Shown here one piece after another: positions 11,891 through 23,549 of a DNA stretch of 64,000 nt. The DNA comes from Eukaryota sp. GEM-RC1. Taxonomy: Eukaryota. Numbering within the stretch: position 1 is the first letter of the stretch; each line of letters starts with the position of its first letter. The stretch lies in the NCBI GenBank assembly GCA_040285855.1, contig JAUFOQ010000002.1:558001-622000 (forward strand), read 5' to 3'. The notes beneath the pieces were generated by a model. The model worked only from the letters and a program-made list of their open reading frames with translations, did not search any database and was not told the DNA's origin. The position numbers and the translations under genes were made by a program.

Positions 11891-14029
11891 ATGTCCTTTA
11901 AAGCTGCTAAAACTCCTGATGCTACACACGCTGTTCTTAACAAGGTCTGGATTAATTCTTCTGACTTTGAAGAACTTTTGGGCAATTCATCAAGCCCTGT
12001 TCTTTCGCTATGTGTGGACCCTGATAAGATATTTCTAACTTCTGTTGTTGGTCCTTCTGATGCTGTTGGTCAGGGAGATATTGGTCTTAATGATGTCCAA
12101 CGAACTTTTCTATCAGCTTCTTTGAAAACAGACATTTCTTATTCCATCATTGATGTGGTACAACTCGCACCTCTTAGTTCTGTCTCGTTTTCTATTAAAA
12201 ATGCAAAGAATAAATTCAAACCCAGCATTGAAGCTAAAGACCTCATGTCTTTCATCAAAACCCACTTCAACAATCACCCCTTCTACCTCAATCATCCCTT
12301 TACCATCTGCTTTGAATCATCCTTCTACATTCTTACTGTCCTAGCCATGGAGTTTGCTGACCTCTCCCCTTTCCAAGAGATAGCTTCTAAATACAAGGAC
12401 GTCCGTAAAGACATTGGACTTCTTGTTAAAACCACTCGAATCTCTCTTGAAGCCGAACAATCCTCTGGAATCACCCTCCGTGGTGAAGCTAAATCTCTCT
12501 TAGCTGATGGCTTTGACCCCGTCAAGTTTGGTGTTGGAGGTATGGAGAGTCAATTCAATGAGATCTTCACAAGAGCTTTTGTTAGAAGAATGTTGCCTTC
12601 AGAAACAATGAAGAAATTGGGACTTCAACATGTTAAAGGTATTCTGTTGTACGGACCTCCAGGAACTGGAAAAACCTTGACTGCACGTAAGATTGCTGAA
12701 GTATTAAACTGTCGTGAACCCATTAAGAAGTCTGCACCAGAGTTGTTAAACAAGTATGTTGGAGAATCTGAAAAGAACGTGCGTGATCTCTTTTCAGCTG
12801 CAGAAGAGGAATATGCCACAAGTGGTGATGATTCGGAGCTTCACGTCATCATTATTGATGAGATTGATGCTATTTGTAAAGAAAGAGGAACTCACAGTGA
12901 TGGTACTGGAGTTGCTGATAACGTCATCAATCAATTGCTATCAAAACTTGATGGTGTCGATCCACTCAATAACATCCTAGTCATTGGTATGACTAATAGA
13001 AGAGACCTAATGGACAAAGCCCTACTTAGACCAGGAAGATTTGAGGTCCACATCGAAGTAGGTTTACCAAACAAGGAAGGTCGACAACAGATCTTGGCTA
13101 TCCATACTCAGAGTATTGCTGATAATGGTTTGCTGGCAGATGACGTGGTTTTGGACGAGTTATTGGAGGTTTCAGAGAATTACACTGGTGCTGAGCTGGC
13201 AGGTGTTGTCAGGGCTGCTTGTGATACCGCTTTGAGTAGACATGCTGATATGAAGACTGGAAAAATTTCAAATTTGAAACAATTGAAAATTTATCAGAAC
13301 GATTTTCTTCGTGCCTTTAAGGTACTTCCGCCTCAATTTGGTCGCCAAGAGAACTTTCTCAAAAATTTCGCTCCCAATGGTTTATTAAATTATCCCTTGT
13401 TTGAACATTCTTTTCAAAAAATGGTAGATTTCTGTGATTCTTTTGTTCATGGATCTTCTCCAGTTTCTTCTTTGTTAATCCACGGTCCTCCTAAGTGTGG
13501 TAAAACTGCTATTGCTTCAGTTCTAGCTGATAATACCAAGATCCCTTTTGTCAAATACCTTTCCCCTTCTGAACTTGATACCTACAGTGATGGAAAGAAA
13601 GTTACTGTGATTTCTAACACTTTTCTTGATGCCTATAAGTCTCCAATGTCAGTGGTGATTCTTGATAACTTGGAACGTATGTTTAACTATATTCCTCTAG
13701 GAGAATTTTTTTCTCGAGACATTGTTACCAAAATTACCAATTCTTTAGACAAACAACCTCCAATTGGTCATCGAGTATTGATCATTTGTACTTCTTCAAA
13801 CGAGCGATTGTTGAGTCGTTTGCAGTTACCATTTGACGAGTCACTTTCAATTCCTTTGATTGACTCTGATGATACTGTTAAAGAAATAATGTCACAGTGC
13901 AGTTTTCTTTCAGATTATCGACAGATTGATTCTATGGACGATTATTTGCAGCATTTAAAAGAATTTTATGGTGATTATCCTTTACCTGTTTCTTATTTAT
14001 TTAGCGACCGTTTGAAGAAAAGAAATTAG
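11891..14029 (+). CDS. NSF: Vesicle-fusing ATPase NSF/Sec18
   Basis: GVGGMESQFNEIFTRAF, HVKGILLYGPPGTGKTLTAR, LHVIIIDEIDAICKERG, NNILVIGMTNRRDL; second AAA domain HGPPKCGKT and FLDAYKSPMS. Confidence 0.96.
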   Translation: MSFKAAKTPDATHAVLNKVWINSSDFEELLGNSSSPVLSLCVDPDKIFLTSVVGPSDAVGQGDIGLNDVQRTFLSASLKTDISYSIIDVVQLAPLSSVSFSIKNAKNKFKPSIEAKDLMSFIKTHFNNHPFYLNHPFTICFESSFYILTVLAMEFADLSPFQEIASKYKDVRKDIGLLVKTTRISLEAEQSSGITLRGEAKSLLADGFDPVKFGVGGMESQFNEIFTRAFVRRMLPSETMKKLGLQHVKGILLYGPPGTGKTLTARKIAEVLNCREPIKKSAPELLNKYVGESEKNVRDLFSAAEEEYATSGDDSELHVIIIDEIDAICKERGTHSDGTGVADNVINQLLSKLDGVDPLNNILVIGMTNRRDLMDKALLRPGRFEVHIEVGLPNKEGRQQILAIHTQSIADNGLLADDVVLDELLEVSENYTGAELAGVVRAACDTALSRHADMKTGKISNLKQLKIYQNDFLRAFKVLPPQFGRQENFLKNFAPNGLLNYPLFEHSFQKMVDFCDSFVHGSSPVSSLLIHGPPKCGKTAIASVLADNTKIPFVKYLSPSELDTYSDGKKVTVISNTFLDAYKSPMSVVILDNLERMFNYIPLGEFFSRDIVTKITNSLDKQPPIGHRVLIICTSSNERLLSRLQLPFDESLSIPLIDSDDTVKEIMSQCSFLSDYRQIDSMDDYLQHLKEFYGDYPLPVSYLFSDRLKKRN

Positions 14030-14219
14030 TATTTAAATTTTCTTAAATAATTTTAAATTTGTGAATAAATTTGTCTATTTTTCAAGAACAGCCCTCCTTG
14101 TTGATACGAAACATCCATTTCAGGACTCTTTACTCAACTGGAAGTATGAATATGAGATGTTGATGTCAGAGTCCAGCTGAAGGATATAAGAATATAATAT
14201 ATAATATATTTAAAACCAC

Positions 14220-14610
14220 AGAACTTAACCATAGAAACAAGCTGAAAAACGTAAAATTGATTTGGATTCCAAAGATGTTGCTAAACTAAATAAAAACATA
14301 TATTCAAAATTTGTAGTTGTTCCATTTGCTATTTCTATTTTTTGGTAGTATTTCTGAAGTGGCTTCCAAGTTTGTAACTGATTTTGGATCTATGTGTAAG
14401 TCTCAGAACAAGAGATTTAACTTATCAATTTGGCATAACCGTTTGATCTTTTCTTTGTTCCATTCGATGCCTAAGTTTTCTAAATCAATTTCACAAAGTT
14501 ATATAAAACCTGTGGTACTGTTGACCAGGAATTTTCGGTGTCTAGTGTTTCATAAGTTTTATTATTATATGTATTGTTGTGCCGTCCATCCATAAACTGT
14601 TTTTTTTTTT
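14220..14610 (+). mobile_element. Degenerate 3' fragment of an RLE-type non-LTR retrotransposon
   Basis: FGSISEVASKFVTDF..CK..KRFNLSIWHNRLIFSLF matches the C-terminal segment of the other RLE fragments; ends cataaactg followed by a T run. Confidence 0.6.
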
Positions 14611-15263
14611 GTTTAATTATAACCTATTTACTTATGTTTCTATGAATTCTGCATAGTTTCGTTCCACTTCGATTCACTTGTAGTGGATCATCAACTGTAA
14701 ACATAACCTGACACAACCAAGGGAAAGAGGGTTGTCAACGGAAAGTTGTTGCTTTCAATTACGACTATTTTCATTAGTAGATTCAAACTTAGTGCCCGTG
14801 TTGAAAAGAGTGCCTCCCGTACTGATTAATTTTGATTTTTTTACTAATTATTGATTACTTCATTTTGCCCCACCACCACAAGAAGTCTCATCGTCTAGTT
14901 CTTCTTCACAATATATACTGTTTTTGGAGAAAATCTTCTAAATTAAAATCAAAATGCGTCAAAGGCGCACTCTTGGCAAATTCAATTTAATTATTTTAAT
15001 ATTGATATAGCTCTTTTTCGGGTTTTTTCTGTTGAGGCCAAATAACAACATTTTTGTTGATGTGTCGATGTTCAATGAATATCATATTTAGATGTTGAAT
15101 AAAAGTGATGTATATTTCGTGTTGGGTTGACACATACCTCATAATAACCCTTCAAAAACACGCCAGACAGGCCATCAGTCATCTTACCATACGCGCGTGT
15201 TCCGTATGGCAGTCGAAGAATTGCATTATATCATAAGACTGGTTTATCTCACACTTTGACCAA

Positions 15264-16040
15264 ATGACTTCACCCTTTCACTTCACCGAAAGCGAATATC
15301 CTAGGAGCATATATGTCTCCAATATTTCACCTGAAGTCTCTGGTTCTCTACTGGAAAGCTACTTTCTCTTCTCTGGTTCAATATTACGAACAGCACTGGC
15401 GTTGAATCCGGATGACACTGAAGCAACGCAGCACGCACTCATCATTTTTAAAGATTCAGAGAGTATTGACAAAGCACTTCTCCTCAATGGATCTCCTCTT
15501 TCTGGCAGGGAAATCTCACTCACACGATGCTCGGACGTTTTCCATTGCCCTGATGATCTCAATGCTCCCTCAGCTCCTGAATTCTCTTCGACGTCGGCAA
15601 CTGTCACTTCATACCTCGGAAAAGCGCTGTTTTCAGCAAAACAGGGTTGGGATGTTGCTAGTTCTAGTATCAAGAGTTTTGACGAAAAGGCAGGTGTCTC
15701 GAAATCTGTATTGAAGTTCAACGAAGAACATGGTATAAGTTCTGCAGCCAAGGATGTTACTACACGTGCTGGATCTGTTGTTTCATCAATTAATAACAAG
15801 TATCATATATCTGATACAGTTTCTACCACTTTCAACACTCTCAAGACCAAGGCTATGGACGTTGAACCTATTAATAAGGGATATAATGTCTCCAGGACTA
15901 CTATTGAAGGTTTTCTAAGTGGTGTTAAGTCATCATATCAGCAGCATGCATCATCTGTTCCACAGAGAGAAGTCGAAGTTCCGGAACAGCAAGTAGAAAA
16001 TGTTGCTACTGAGGATGATTGTAATTATCCTGAATTATAG
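15264..16040 (+). CDS. RRM-domain protein (Vip1/BPA1-like), paralog 1
   Basis: IYVSNISP..YFLFSGSI..ALIIFKD..ALLLNGSPL; C-terminal KSFDEKAGVS helical repeats. Confidence 0.8.
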   Translation: MTSPFHFTESEYPRSIYVSNISPEVSGSLLESYFLFSGSILRTALALNPDDTEATQHALIIFKDSESIDKALLLNGSPLSGREISLTRCSDVFHCPDDLNAPSAPEFSSTSATVTSYLGKALFSAKQGWDVASSSIKSFDEKAGVSKSVLKFNEEHGISSAAKDVTTRAGSVVSSINNKYHISDTVSTTFNTLKTKAMDVEPINKGYNVSRTTIEGFLSGVKSSYQQHASSVPQREVEVPEQQVENVATEDDCNYPEL

Positions 16041-16499
16041 TGTTTTTTGTAATTATGTGAATAAATATAGGAATTATTTTTCTGGGATATTTTTGTTACA
16101 TTGTAGTTACAGTATTCAGAGTATTTAGTCTGGACTATAATTAGTCTGGTCCAGACTAATTCATATTTGGATCTCTTTTAAAAGGTCATTCTTATACAAC
16201 AATTAGTCTGGATTTCACAATAAATTGCACACACACTACACTACAAACACATTGTAGTATCACAACGTATTACAAAGAGAAAGACTTGATAGAGAGTGGG
16301 CTGTGGTATCATGTTGAAAGCTACAGAACCCAGGAAAATACAACTTTTTGGAATTGGCAGAAGAGACTTTGAGAGAAGTTAACGACCAAAGAGATGAAAG
16401 ACGATTAACATATCTCGTATAGCAATGATTCTTTGTGGGTTGTCGTTAAACACAAATGGAATGTGGGAAACCATACTTGTAAAATACACGAGTTTTCAT

Positions 16500-17156
16500 T
16501 CATCATTTAGATAACTGTCATCAATTTATTCATTTTCGATCAATTATTCACAACAGTATCCGAGATACATGTTTGGATATGTTTAAGGCTAATGGTTTTC
16601 ATGGAAAAATTGAACGTTTGATTGCTAATCTTTCTGATCAGCGAAAAGTTGATAGAAGTCGTGGTGATTTGATTGGTCCTTGGTTATCTTGTCAGGAAAT
16701 TATCATGGATTTCACGACTGTTGATCCTTGTAATTCAAGATCAATTTCCAAAATTTTTGATGATGATTTTTCTGCTCTTGAAGTGCTGAAGAGGGAAAAA
16801 ATACAAAGAACTGTCGCTTAATTAACCAATTGAATGTTGACAGGTACAATTCTTTTGTGTTTCAACCTTTTGCGATGTCGATATACGGTAATATTGGACC
16901 AGCTGCACAAGGTTTTTTAACTTCCTTTAGAAAATTGTGTTCTGAGTATGGTAAAGTTTTCAATGAAATTTTTTGGTTGAGTAGGTTAACGTTTGCGTTG
17001 TTTCGTTCAATGCACAGATATTTTAATTCAATTTTAGGTAAGTTGTTCGGTGATGGACAGAAGGATCATAGCTTAGATACTTTAGTTAGTGTCTGTTAGT
17101 TATAAACTTCTGCAAATGCATTTATTTCACTGACTAATCATAAACCCCGTTTTTTT
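16500..17156 (+). mobile_element. 5'-truncated RLE-type non-LTR retrotransposon, family C
   Basis: HxxIRD, GKIE, RGDL, DFTTVDPC, FQPFAMSIYG, WLSRLTFALF; 3' tail ...cataaaccccgttttttt. Confidence 0.8.
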
Positions 17157-18079
17157 AATAATAAATGCAAGTAAATGTGAACCAAATAATCTGGAAGATC
17201 TGAACCAAAGGGAGACCGCATCTGGCAAAGGCATTTGATAGCATTATAATGTACAAAAACGAGCTGAAGAAGCACTTGTCCAGCATATTGGAAAAATACA
17301 GTAAAATACTGTTTGTATTTTAAATCACACTGTTTGAAAAATACATAAACAACAAAAATACATAAAATACAGAATTCTGTATTTTACAAGTATGTTGGAA
17401 ACGAGACAGTTGAAACCAGAGCCACGGGTAATCATATCCAACTATCTAGAAGAAGTTGAAGGAAGGATGTCAGAGGCTGTTTTTGACAGTGATTGGGTTT
17501 AAAGTAGATGTAGTCATGTGTTTCATAGTGTTGTTGTTACTACAAGTTGATCCAGATTACTTCTCTTTTATATTCAATGGTGTGAATTTCAAATCGACTT
17601 CGTTCTTTTTACCGTAACAATGTAAGATCTTCGAGGAATGAATAGATCCAATTTTATTTTACTAAACTATTCCGGCCGTATTGTTAGAAAGGGGAAGAAC
17701 AACTGCTTTGATTGTGTGTCTTGATCTAATCTGTGGAGCACTGGATTCTGAATAAACATGTATCTGATCAATGATTCAGAAGGTTTAACTTGATATATAC
17801 TTGATCTAACAAACTAGAGTACCGATTGGAACAGAGTGAAGATTACACATATATGCACAATCAATGGAATACAGGGAATGTAATTTGAGTTTGGCAATAT
17901 CACTGAAATATATTGTCATATTCTGTGTTTTTTGTTTCTGATGAGTCCAAAAACAATCATATGTTTCCAACAACATCAAACACTATAAATTTTTTAAAAA
18001 ATTTTGCACATGATATGAGTATTGCATTATAACAATGCGTTTTGTGTTATAAGCGTATGAGCTTAGTTGATGATAATTT

Positions 18080-18325
18080 TACTACAATGTAAGAATGTAA
18101 AGAAAAAACATCTAGGACTTTTGATCTTAGATTTTGGAAAAATCGAATCGTGTTTGCTATCTTTAAAGGTATGGTGACTTCTCTATCTAGCGCTTTATTA
18201 TCTCTCTTGGCAGACATTATGAGGATAAGGTAGGTGAAAATTTCCAGTTAGGCAATCTGGACTTTGAGGATATTGATTATTAGATGTATGTACACTGTAG
18301 TGTTGTTGTCAATAAAACTTGTTAT
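18080..18325 (+). mobile_element. 3' fragment of RLE retroelement family G (related pieces at about 39560-39645 + and 43590-44420 -)
   Basis: Shares the sequence catctaggac(t)tttgatcttaga..ttggaaaaatcgaat.gtgtttgctatctttaaa with the other two loci. Confidence 0.65.
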
Positions 18326-18670
18326 TTAAAAAAATGTAAGAATGTATAATCTAATTTAAATAGAAGTATTACCAAATCTAAATGCAATCGAATTTGATCA
18401 GATAATCAGCACTTGGAAAATCTGCATTGTCAATTAAATTATTGCCAATTACTTAATTTCAATACCTAATTGGCTTGAAAACGGGAGACCAATTAATTGG
18501 GCAATTAATTGCAATTCTTACAAACGTTTCAACTGCACAAAATGAATAGAATTTACACAGTATTTTTATGTATTTTAGCTGAACAAGAGCTCATAAGTTA
18601 ATTTTCCTTATTCATATAGACTTCATTGTTTGCTTTCCCTATTTATAATCTGTGTTTGAAGACTTTTTTC

Positions 18671-19491
18671 CAGTGATGCGAAAAAAGAATTTAATTATAA
18701 ATAATTGAATTAATTCCCTGAGAATTAATTAATTCTAGATGCTTAGAATCAGTGAACGCTAACACGTAACACGCGTGTTAACACGTGTTAGATTCAATTT
18801 TGTTACGTGTTAGCGTTCACTGCTTAGAATTATAATTATTCAATTGTTACACTTTAGAATTAAAATTAATTAACGGATATTAGTAGAATTATTTGTATCA
18901 TTTCTTGTCAGCCATACTGGGTTATCGTCTCAATATTCAACAAGAAAGCATTGTTTATTTTTACATGTGTCGAACCACGATCTTCTAGTGCATATGAGAA
19001 CCTTACAACTACATAGTTTGATAATATTACAGTGAAAACTTGTCAAACCTGGACTGCTAAATACTAGCAAACTGACGATATCATCAAACTTGCTTAGTAT
19101 ACGAGATTCAAAACGCAAACAAACTCCAAAACTGGACAATATAACTCATTCGTGGTTATATGTCATCATAATAGCATGTTATAGTAACTATGAGATTCAT
19201 TCAGTTCTCTAACGAAGCAATATTCCATCTCTGGAACCTGTTTTTCCGTACTTTGATGTAGTCAAATCAATTCTTTTAGGAACTGTCATGAGACAACGCT
19301 ACCGAATTCACTACCATTGACTTAAGATGGTAATTGATAGTGTGTTGTATGTTATCGTAATGCTACTAAAGAATTAATTGTGGGACCAGAGAATTAACAT
19401 TAATTAATTTCAGGCCATAGAAACTAAAATTAATTAATTGAGGGTGTCAAGAATTATTAATTTAATTTAAATTAATTTCTTCGCATCGCTG
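18671..19491. mobile_element. hAT-type MITE; middle member of the nest
   Basis: TIR cagtgatgcgaa / ttcgcatcgctg (11/12 match); TSD cttttttc at 18663-18670 and 19492-19499; aattaatt subterminal repeats. Confidence 0.88.
18750..18822. mobile_element. 73-bp hAT-type MITE, family 1; innermost member of the nest
   Basis: TIR cagtgaacgctaacacgtaaca; TSD cttagaat at 18742-18749 and 18823-18830. Confidence 0.92.
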
Positions 19492-19914
19492 CTTTTTTCC
19501 GACTAATTTCAAATTTTAGATGACTTTTTTAGAAGTGAAATGTATATTGAGTCAAGCAAAGTTAGTGGTGTGGATTGCTGAGTCATGGTTTATTTGGTTA
19601 ACATCTATAAAGGCAGCCTTTTTGTCAATATACTTGGTATTCTTTAGTGAATATAGCTCCGTTTTTTTTATTATTTTACAGTACAACGAATTCGGAAAAC
19701 CAGTCTTGTTTAGATAAAGAACAATACGTTAGAGGATCGTCTAATAAAAAGTAAGAAAGGTTAACATATCATGAACCAATTAATTGGGCAATTGATTGCA
19801 GCAAATGTGATAATTGCAACAATTCATTGCTACACGAAAAATGAGAGCAATTAGTTGGCAATGTAACTTTTCCAAGTCCTGCAGATAAGTTATATTTCTC
19901 AAATTTTTGACAAA

Positions 19915-20679
19915 ATGACACCCTTTCACCTTACTGAAAGTGAATATCACAAAAGCATTTATGTCTCCAACATCTCAGCTGAAGTCTCAGGTTCTCTTTT
20001 AGAAAGCTACTTTCTCTTCTCTGGTTCAATAGTACGAACCGCATTGGCGTTGAATCCTGGTGACCATGAGGCAACCCAGCATGCAGTAATTGTTTTTCAA
20101 GATACAGAGAGTGTCGACAAGGCACTGTTGTTGAATGGCACTTCCCTCTCGGACAAGGAGATTTCCCTAGTGCGTTACTCTGATGTTTTTCATACTGATG
20201 ATCCTCATGCTCCCTCAGCTCCTGAATTCTCTTCCTCGTCAGCAACTGTCACATCATATCTCGGGAAAGCGTTGTTTTCAGCGAAACAAGGTTGGGATGT
20301 TGCTAGTTCCAGTATCAAAAGTTTTGACGAAAAGGCCGGGGTTTCCAATTCAGTCAAACAATTCAACGAAGAACATGGTATAAGTTCTGCAGCCAAGGAT
20401 GTTACTACACGTGCTGGATCTGTTGTTTCATCAATCAATAACAAGTATGAAATCTCAGACAAAGTCTCTACCACTTTCAACACTCTCAAGACCAAGGCTA
20501 TGGACGTTGAACCTATTAATAAGGGATATAATGTCTCCAGGACTACTATCGGAGGTTTCCTAAGTGGTGTTAAGTCATCGTATCAGCAGCATGCATCATC
20601 TGTTCCACAGAGAGAAGTCGAAGTTCCGGAACAGCAAAGCATTTCCAATGAGGATGATCTTAATTATCCTAGATTGTAG
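19915..20679 (+). CDS. RRM-domain protein (Vip1/BPA1-like), paralog 2
   Basis: Closely similar along its whole length to 15264-16040. Confidence 0.8.
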   Translation: MTPFHLTESEYHKSIYVSNISAEVSGSLLESYFLFSGSIVRTALALNPGDHEATQHAVIVFQDTESVDKALLLNGTSLSDKEISLVRYSDVFHTDDPHAPSAPEFSSSSATVTSYLGKALFSAKQGWDVASSSIKSFDEKAGVSNSVKQFNEEHGISSAAKDVTTRAGSVVSSINNKYEISDKVSTTFNTLKTKAMDVEPINKGYNVSRTTIGGFLSGVKSSYQQHASSVPQREVEVPEQQSISNEDDLNYPRL

Positions 20680-21214
20680 AATTTATTGAGTTGTGTCTTA
20701 GGAATTATGTAAATAAAACTGCGTTGTATTTACTGATACGTACTGTAGTAAAGTTCACTGAAGCATATATCTAGATGTACTTGCCCACTTTAGACGCACA
20801 TATCTGCTTTGTTGCATGAATATTGGTCTACTGATGACAGTAGTGGTTTCATTGTGTCTAGTCAGAAGTTCTCCTCATTTCGTAGTCAATTTGAAGTTCA
20901 AAGTTATTAGTACATTGTATCCTCTTTTCCTGTCCACTACTTCTTCTGAGTGACATCAAAGCTATAATAAATAATAAAAAAGCTAGAAACAGTTTTTTTA
21001 GAAACTGAAGTAACCACAAACAAATTTTAAAGACTTTCCTAGTTTTTCCACAATCATATACACAGGAGTTATAATTAATCATAGTCCCCCCATTTATTGC
21101 AACTTTTGTAAATTGATCACAGTCTATTAAAATAAATAAATTTAAATATTTATTTATTTGAAACAACAGTAACATTCCGAAAATACTATAGGAAAAATAT
21201 GTATAGTGTCTCTA

Positions 21215-21690
21215 AAACGAACGGATTTATGTGCGGAGAAAAACACACAACAAGAAAACAACAAATTAATACAGACTGTTAAAACAAATAATCAAACGAA
21301 CTACCTATCTGATAATTCTGAAAAGTAGTTGCCTCCAAACAACTTGGACAAAATGGAATCAACATATCTATACATAGACCTAAGAATCGAAAATGCAAAT
21401 TTACTCTTCCAGTACGATCTGTTAAACTTCTTGCCAAATTCTGAACACAAATTTTCAAATAAATTTAAAAACTCCTTGGTAGAAGAACCGAAATTTCCGT
21501 ACAATGAAACTGCAAAACGCTGAAAGACGATATTATTGTGTCTTCGTGAATTCAATGCAGCAACTCGTTGTACGTACTTTGACACTTTAGCGTACTCAGC
21601 GTCCTTCAGTGGATCATTTGTAGTATTCAAAATATTGGCAATAGCTGATGCTTTGCAAGGGTCAACGGTCCTTAAATCAACAACAATTTC
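21215..21690 (-). mobile_element. 3' fragment of an RLE retroelement
   Basis: TVDPCK..AKVSKY..FQRFAVSLYGNFG..WKSKFAFSILR. Confidence 0.7.
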
Positions 21691-21799
21691 TCTAAATTTG
21701 CAACGTTGTACTCTGTTGGGGAAACTTGTTTGTGGTGACTACATACATGTAGAATCATTTTAAAACAGAAATTTTCAAGATCCATTCTTGTCGACACAA

Positions 21800-22118
21800 T
21801 CCGTTTGTTTTTCTCCTTTTGCTGTTTCTCTTTACGGAACGTTTCGCTTTTTCGGACAAATATTTCTCACATCTTGCGTCACATTGTGTAAGCAATATGG
21901 AAAGAATATTAATGAAAGTTATTGGAGAGGAAGGTTGTCATTTTCCCTATTCAAAGCATTGTTTACGTATTTTGATTCGATTTTGAACCGTCTCTTTGCA
22001 TTGAGACATGAATTTTAGATGATGTAGAGGTATTGGTATCTCATTTGTCAATATTGATGATCTTGATTTGTGAAATAAGTATAAATGAATTTTACCCTTA
22101 AATAAATGGCGTTTTTTT
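21800..22118 (+). mobile_element. 3' fragment of an RLE retroelement
   Basis: FSPFAVSLYG..YWRGRLSFSLFK; tail aataaatggcgttttttt. Confidence 0.65.
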
Positions 22119-22149
22119 GAAATTATGTACTATAATGTAGCATCTGAAA

Positions 22150-22220
22150 CAGTGAACTCTAGCACGTTCCAAAATTGACTCTAACACGTGTTAACACGCG
22201 TGTTATGTTTACGTTCACTG
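22150..22220. mobile_element. Degenerate copy of MITE family 1 (opposite orientation)
   Basis: cagtgaactctagcacg...acgttcactg with the same aacacgtgttaacacgcgtgtt core; TSD is eroded (atctgaaa / acctcaaa). Confidence 0.7.
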
Positions 22221-22362
22221 ACCTCAAATGTTTATTGACCAAAACTTTGCGCATAATGAATCAAAGTTGAAAAAGACAATACAATTTGGAAACAATCGAG
22301 TCAAGTAGATTGGTCGTCTCCAAAAAAAATAAGAACATGTTTGATGTTTGACACCAGAGGAC

Positions 22363-22719
22363 CTAATCCTTCTTATGATATCGAGAAAAACCTCTACCAC
22401 GTCCCCTGCCTCGTCGACCACCTCTACCACCACGACCACGATTGCCTCTGGTAGATAGTTTGTCAGCTTCAACCTGCCTCACGCAATCGTCAATGAGTTC
22501 ATCAGGGAACTTTATGTATTTGACACCAATACCACGTAAGTATATCTCAGGTAGTTTTTGGGATGTTTGTCTGTCTTTGGAGAGAAAAGTAGCTTCTTTA
22601 AGATGAATATTCATAAATATATCTGATTCGTTTAGAGTACCCTGATACAGGTCACCATTCTTAAGTTCTATGGATACATTTTTGCCTTTCGAAAGAGTGA
22701 GAATTGACAGTGGAAGCAT
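22363..22719 (-). CDS. LSM4: U6 snRNA-associated Sm-like protein LSm4
   Basis: MLPLSIL..IELKNGDLYQGTL..DIFMNIHL..LPEIYLRG..KYIKFPDELID, followed by an RG-rich tail. Confidence 0.9.
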   Translation of the reverse strand: MLPLSILTLSKGKNVSIELKNGDLYQGTLNESDIFMNIHLKEATFLSKDRQTSQKLPEIYLRGIGVKYIKFPDELIDDCVRQVEADKLSTRGNRGRGGRGGRRGRGRGRGFSRYHKKD

Positions 22720-22779
22720 GAGAAATGAAGAAGAAATGTTGGTCTAGGTAGAAAGTTTCTACCAACATACCAATTGCTG

Positions 22780-23244
22780 ATGTCTCTAAATAAGCTCTAT
22801 CAACAACTGAAAAACGAACGATCTCAATGGGAAGACTTTCGTTCCTCAATTAAAACTTCGTCACAGAAGATGAATAGATCTTTCAGTGAAGCCTCAATCT
22901 ATGTGTCAAACGTTAAGGCAGATCAACGTTCTCCAAAGTCTCCTGTGTCCAGAACACCCTCAAGACTTAAGATTAAATCACCAGCTCCTGTTTTACATTC
23001 ACCCTCAACCCCTCAGCTGCCCATCCGTGATAACATCTTAGTTTTATCCCCTGATATTGAGCCATCAGTGTCTAGAAACTTTCTTTCCTACACCACTGTG
23101 AATCCTGGGGATGATCGTATTCTTTATGGGCTTCCACCGAAAAAGCTTCCCCCTAATGTATTGAGAAAGCTCTCTTCTCCTACCAGCTTGCGAAGTATAA
23201 CTGCTGGTGTAAACCAGAAAAGTCCATCTTTTAGTTTTTTGTAA
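22780..23244 (+). CDS. Hypothetical Ser/Pro-rich protein
   Basis: ATG-initiated ORF of about 154 aa, divergent from LSM4 across a 60-bp spacer; no recognisable domain. Confidence 0.5.
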   Translation: MSLNKLYQQLKNERSQWEDFRSSIKTSSQKMNRSFSEASIYVSNVKADQRSPKSPVSRTPSRLKIKSPAPVLHSPSTPQLPIRDNILVLSPDIEPSVSRNFLSYTTVNPGDDRILYGLPPKKLPPNVLRKLSSPTSLRSITAGVNQKSPSFSFL

Positions 23245-23549
23245 CTTTTCCAGGTTATTTAGTTTGTTGTGCACTTGTATTGTAAATTGAAGTTAGAAAT
23301 TGTATTATGTGATGCTTGTCAACAGTTCATATAGTGAGAATTCAATCACTTTTAGTAAATCTGTCCCTTATCAAAAACACTTGAAAAACCCAATTGGATT
23401 ATTATCATTTAGAGAATCAAACAATCAGTGTAAGTAAAAGTACCTAATATATCGTTTGCAGGGGTGAGAAAATACGTATTTTGGATTTTTTTTATTGTTT
23501 TTGCTGAAAAATATTGTTACTAGTAGTAAAACCCAAAACAATACTAGTA

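Larger units (their letters stand above)
18407..19881. mobile_element. Non-autonomous hAT-type element; outer member of a triple nest
   Basis: TIR cagcacttggaaaa / ttttccaagtcctg (13/14 match); TSD cagataat (18399-18406) / cagataag (19882-19889); subterminal ccaattaattgggcaatt motifs near both ends. Confidence 0.8.

Noticed and set aside
16125..16212. Palindrome aattagtctgg-t-ccagactaatt (16139-16161) with repeated ttagtctgg motifs
   Set aside because: It resembles MITE subterminal debris, but no paired TIRs or TSD could be found.
17281..17397. Possible MITE with cagcatattggaaaaatac / gtattttacaagtatgttg ends
   Set aside because: The TIR is imperfect and the flanks do not form a TSD.
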